The notes under the pieces are model-generated. The model ran no database searches. It had not been told where the DNA came from and saw nothing but the letters and a program-made list of their open reading frames with translations. A DNA stretch of 64,000 bases. It comes from Ginglymostoma cirratum. Its lineage: Eukaryota. Positions 61,801 to 64,000 of the stretch are shown here, piece after piece. Location of the stretch: contig JAHRHZ010000002.1 in the NCBI GenBank assembly GCA_024137785.1, positions 12,175,082-12,239,081 on the forward strand. The letters are read 5' to 3'. The position numbers and the translations under genes were made by a program. Each line of letters starts with the position of its first letter. The first letter of the stretch is position 1.

Positions 61801-63843
61801 ATGGTAAATTTGGGGTTAGGGATAGGGTGGCTTATGGGGCTGGTTGGAGGATGCTGTTTGGAGCATTGGTGCAGACTCGATGGGCCAAATGGCCATGCAC
61901 ACATACACACCCACACCCAACTTGTCTGTGCTGCCTGCAGGACCCGCCTCAAAGTCCACAATACACACTGCTCTTTTGTCACTTGCAGAGTTATCGTTCT
62001 ATCGAACTATCGTTCTAGTTGTTTTACTAGTAAACTGAAATTCTCTTCATAGCTGATGATTAATTCCATTTTTGTTGATTCCTAGCTCATCTTTGACAAG
62101 TAGCTCTGCACCACACATGGAGAAGAAATACAAACCGCTCAATGTGACCCCCAACACTACTAAGGAAATTAAAGTTAAAATAATTCCTCCCCAGCGTAAG
62201 TAAGAGTATTTTGAAAATTGGAAGTAACAATTTTTAATTTGCTTCTCATCTGAAAGAGTGGGTGGCTTGTTGACGATACAGTTCTACAAGCACTGAACAC
62301 GTGCTGTAACTTAACTGAGTATCACATCCGTTGTTTGAAGCAACGGGTGACAATTCTTAGGTACCTGTGATCCTGGTCTGCCTTAGCAGTATCATGTGCT
62401 TGTAATGCCTTGAGAATGGATGCTTTGTTTAACTCTGCTCACTTTAGTCTTCTCCCCACCTCTGGCCATGTGAGGGGGCTGATGCTCTAGAGGTCCCAGT
62501 AAAACACACAAAGCACAAAGGATTGGGTCTAGATTATCTTATTGAAAGAATATTGGATTTGCAGTGTTTCTGTTGGTGCTTTTGCTCTAATTTGACACTT
62601 TGCTTATACTTCTGCAGCTATTGAAAGTACTGGCTTTCTAGAGGCACTCAACTCTGCCCCAGTACATGGATTAAAAATCAAGAAGAAGAAGAAGATCACT
62701 TCCCCGACTAGCATCAAGGTACTAAGATGCAAATGTGCAAGCATCCCTTTCTTTCGTTGAAATACTGGACATGTTAAGGGTTGAGATTATTATAAAGCTG
62801 CACAGTTTATTGGGAGAAAACTGTTGGTCACACTTACAGAAAAACGTTTGTGCAGGGAAAAGTTATGAACAAAATTTTACCTTTTTTTGGGAAACACTAT
62901 TTTGAAGTCCATTATTAAGATCCACTTTTAATTTGATATGAGTTTGATGTGCTTTGAAATGGCCTGCCAAATGGATGAAGCGTCAGTGATACTGAGCTTC
63001 AAGATTTGGCATTAAGTAGTAGTGCTTTTTCTTGCAGGATGTTCCGGTTATAAATTCTGTTTCTTGGAGAGGTTATATTAATGTTGTTGGTTACTTGGGG
63101 AATGCATTTGGCTTGCAAATGCAATTTAAGAAACTCATAGTTGTTCAGGACATTGCTAATTAAGGTGATGTAACTGAAGCATACATTTAAACATGCACAG
63201 TCGTAAACTTGCACAACTGTATGCTGTGGCGTATCACAAGTGGCAGTTTAGACTATTAGGGCTCGCAGGTGAAGCTATTAAGAAAAGTCAGAAGCCATAC
63301 TCCTCCTCAAGTCATCATATGTTATGGGAGGGCATACTATAAAAGGGTGTTGAGAGGCATTTGGATGAGATTTCCTGACAGTAAGTCTAATTATCATGTA
63401 AGTATGAGCTAGTTTGATTTTTATTTTGTCATTTTTGATTTTTTAAAAACCAAGTCAGTCGTTTTGTGAGCATTTTAGATATACAGTGGATCCATCCAAA
63501 TTGGGTTAGCAAAAAGATGTTGATTAAATCCCAAACGGGGGTTGTGCATTAATATGGGCATAAACACCTTTATCCGCAAGTCTGTCCTCAAATTCCAGTT
63601 GGAGAACTTTGTAATTGTTGTGAATATTATTGCTTTACTTTCTAAAATTGTCTTTGACCCTCTAGTTTTACTCTTTATCATTTCTCCCTTCCCTTCAGTC
63701 CAATCCTTTTGATCAAAAATCCAGTCCTGAACAGATCAGCACCAAGCCTGCTTCTCCAGAAGTTGCTATCGCTGAGCCCATGGAAGTGGAGAGACCTAGT
63801 ACGCCTGTGCCACTGGAAGAGGTGTCTGAGCCTGTGGAGATGG
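52750..63843 (+). CDS. PPP1R10: Serine/threonine-protein phosphatase 1 regulatory subunit 10 (PNUTS), 3'-truncated by window edge; 10 coding exons
   Basis: Exons 52750-52856, 53940-54026, 55463-55598, 58148-58199, 58790-58870, 59771-59971, 60410-60509, 62086-62195, 62618-62718, 63699-63843 are phase-compatible. [18 protein letters not shown]-terminal-like domain ([10 protein letters not shown]...[15 protein letters not shown]...ELRKLA), [31 protein letters not shown] and KIKKKKK match human PNUTS from memory. Confidence 0.97.
53940..54026 (+). CDS. PPP1R10: PPP1R10 exon
   Basis: cttcag|G...CCA|gtaagg; [28 protein letters not shown]. Confidence 0.95.
54826..55383. mobile_element. Fold-back Penelope-derived insertion (same family as 1461-2136); centre lost in N gap
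   Basis: gagataacaaggtgtagagctggatgaacacagcaggcca is mirrored exactly at 55306-55345; 15-bp direct repeat caaggtatgcaatgt at 54811-54825 and 55384-55398. Confidence 0.8.
54866..55265. other. Assembly gap (400 N)
   Basis: Run of N. Confidence 1.
55463..55598 (+). CDS. PPP1R10: PPP1R10 exon
   Basis: ttgaag|G...CAA|gtaagc; [45 protein letters not shown]. Confidence 0.95.
56385..57845 (-). mobile_element. Decayed 5'-truncated Penelope-like retroelement (RT C-terminus plus GIY-YIG endonuclease plus terminal repeat)
   Basis: [24 protein letters not shown]...[25 protein letters not shown] (PLE RT thumb region); QRFTCTS...[15 protein letters not shown]...PAACNFN (GIY-YIG region); terminal segment homologous to 38980-39168. 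Confidence 0.85.
58148..58199 (+). CDS. PPP1R10: PPP1R10 exon
   Basis: tttcag|AAT...AAG|gttagt; [17 protein letters not shown]. Confidence 0.94.
58790..58870 (+). CDS. PPP1R10: PPP1R10 exon
   Basis: ttttag|AG...AAG|gtacgg; [27 protein letters not shown]. Confidence 0.92.
59771..59971 (+). CDS. PPP1R10: PPP1R10 exon
   Basis: ctgtag|AT...CAG|gtggtt; [13 protein letters not shown]...[23 protein letters not shown]. Confidence 0.93.
60410..60509 (+). CDS. PPP1R10: PPP1R10 exon
   Basis: ttgcag|GC...GAG|gtgaga; [32 protein letters not shown]. Confidence 0.93.
60860..61590 (-). mobile_element. Decayed CR1-type LINE fragment
   Basis: Reverse-strand remnants ([12 protein letters not shown]...RGHR) and aatcccaggattctgtatgct block. 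Confidence 0.55.
61596..61895 (+). mobile_element. Diverged HE1-type V-SINE
   Basis: gtgtggagtttgcacattctccccatgtctg...ggtttcctcccacagtcccaaga homologous to 32699-33004. Confidence 0.85.
62086..62195 (+). CDS. PPP1R10: PPP1R10 exon
   Basis: tcctag|C...CAGC|gtaagt; [36 protein letters not shown]. Confidence 0.92.
62618..62718 (+). CDS. PPP1R10: PPP1R10 exon
   Basis: ctgcag|CT...AAG|gtacta; [33 protein letters not shown]. Confidence 0.94.
63699..63843 (+). CDS. PPP1R10: PPP1R10 exon
   Basis: cttcag|TCC...ATGG|gtaagt; [21 protein letters not shown]...[23 protein letters not shown]. Confidence 0.92.
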
Positions 63844-64000
63844 GTAAGTCTGCTTGTAGTAGATGCATAGTGCTTCAGATGTTTCAGCCAATTGAATGTT
63901 GATGATCCAGTTAGTAAACCGCACAGTAATTCCGATCTATTATAAGCTTTACCTTCCTAAGTTGCTAGGACTGGGCACTTCCTGGCATTTTGTGTTTTAT

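Noticed and set aside
62310-62365. Hairpin catccgttgtt-tga-agcaacgggtg as an H/ACA snoRNA or pre-miRNA
   Set aside because: Only ~11 bp with wobble pairs; no H box/ACA arrangement or second hairpin found.

Overview
Eukaryotic (vertebrate) genomic DNA, very likely from a shark, judged by HE1-type SINEs, CR1/HER1-type LINE tails and shark-style Penelope repeats. Three spliced genes that are human MHC class I-region framework genes can be rebuilt exon by exon with GT-AG borders and consistent phases. They are the 3' part of ABCF1 (+, 14 exons, 867-20819), complete MRPS18B (-, 7 exons, 43520-24267, 237 aa) and the 5' part of PPP1R10/PNUTS (+, 10 coding exons from ATG 52750). MRPS18B and PPP1R10 share a bidirectional CpG-rich promoter. 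Introns are full of CR1/L2 LINE, SINE and Penelope-like (PLE) fragments, and there are three N gaps. The main second-look items are: (1) fold-back PLE-derived insertions carrying minimal, dimer-type hammerhead ribozyme motifs, one with an intact core inside a perfect 2x98-bp palindrome in an ABCF1 intron; (2) an apparently TE-free 8-kb PPP1R10 leader with candidate uORF exons, a candidate cryptic terminal exon with a poly(A) signal cluster, and an AG|GTAATT recursive-splice-like acceptor on the start-codon exon; (3) inversion of the MRPS18B-PPP1R10 pair relative to ABCF1 compared with human. Gene identities come from recalled similarity to human proteins, not from a search, and repeat boundaries are approximate.
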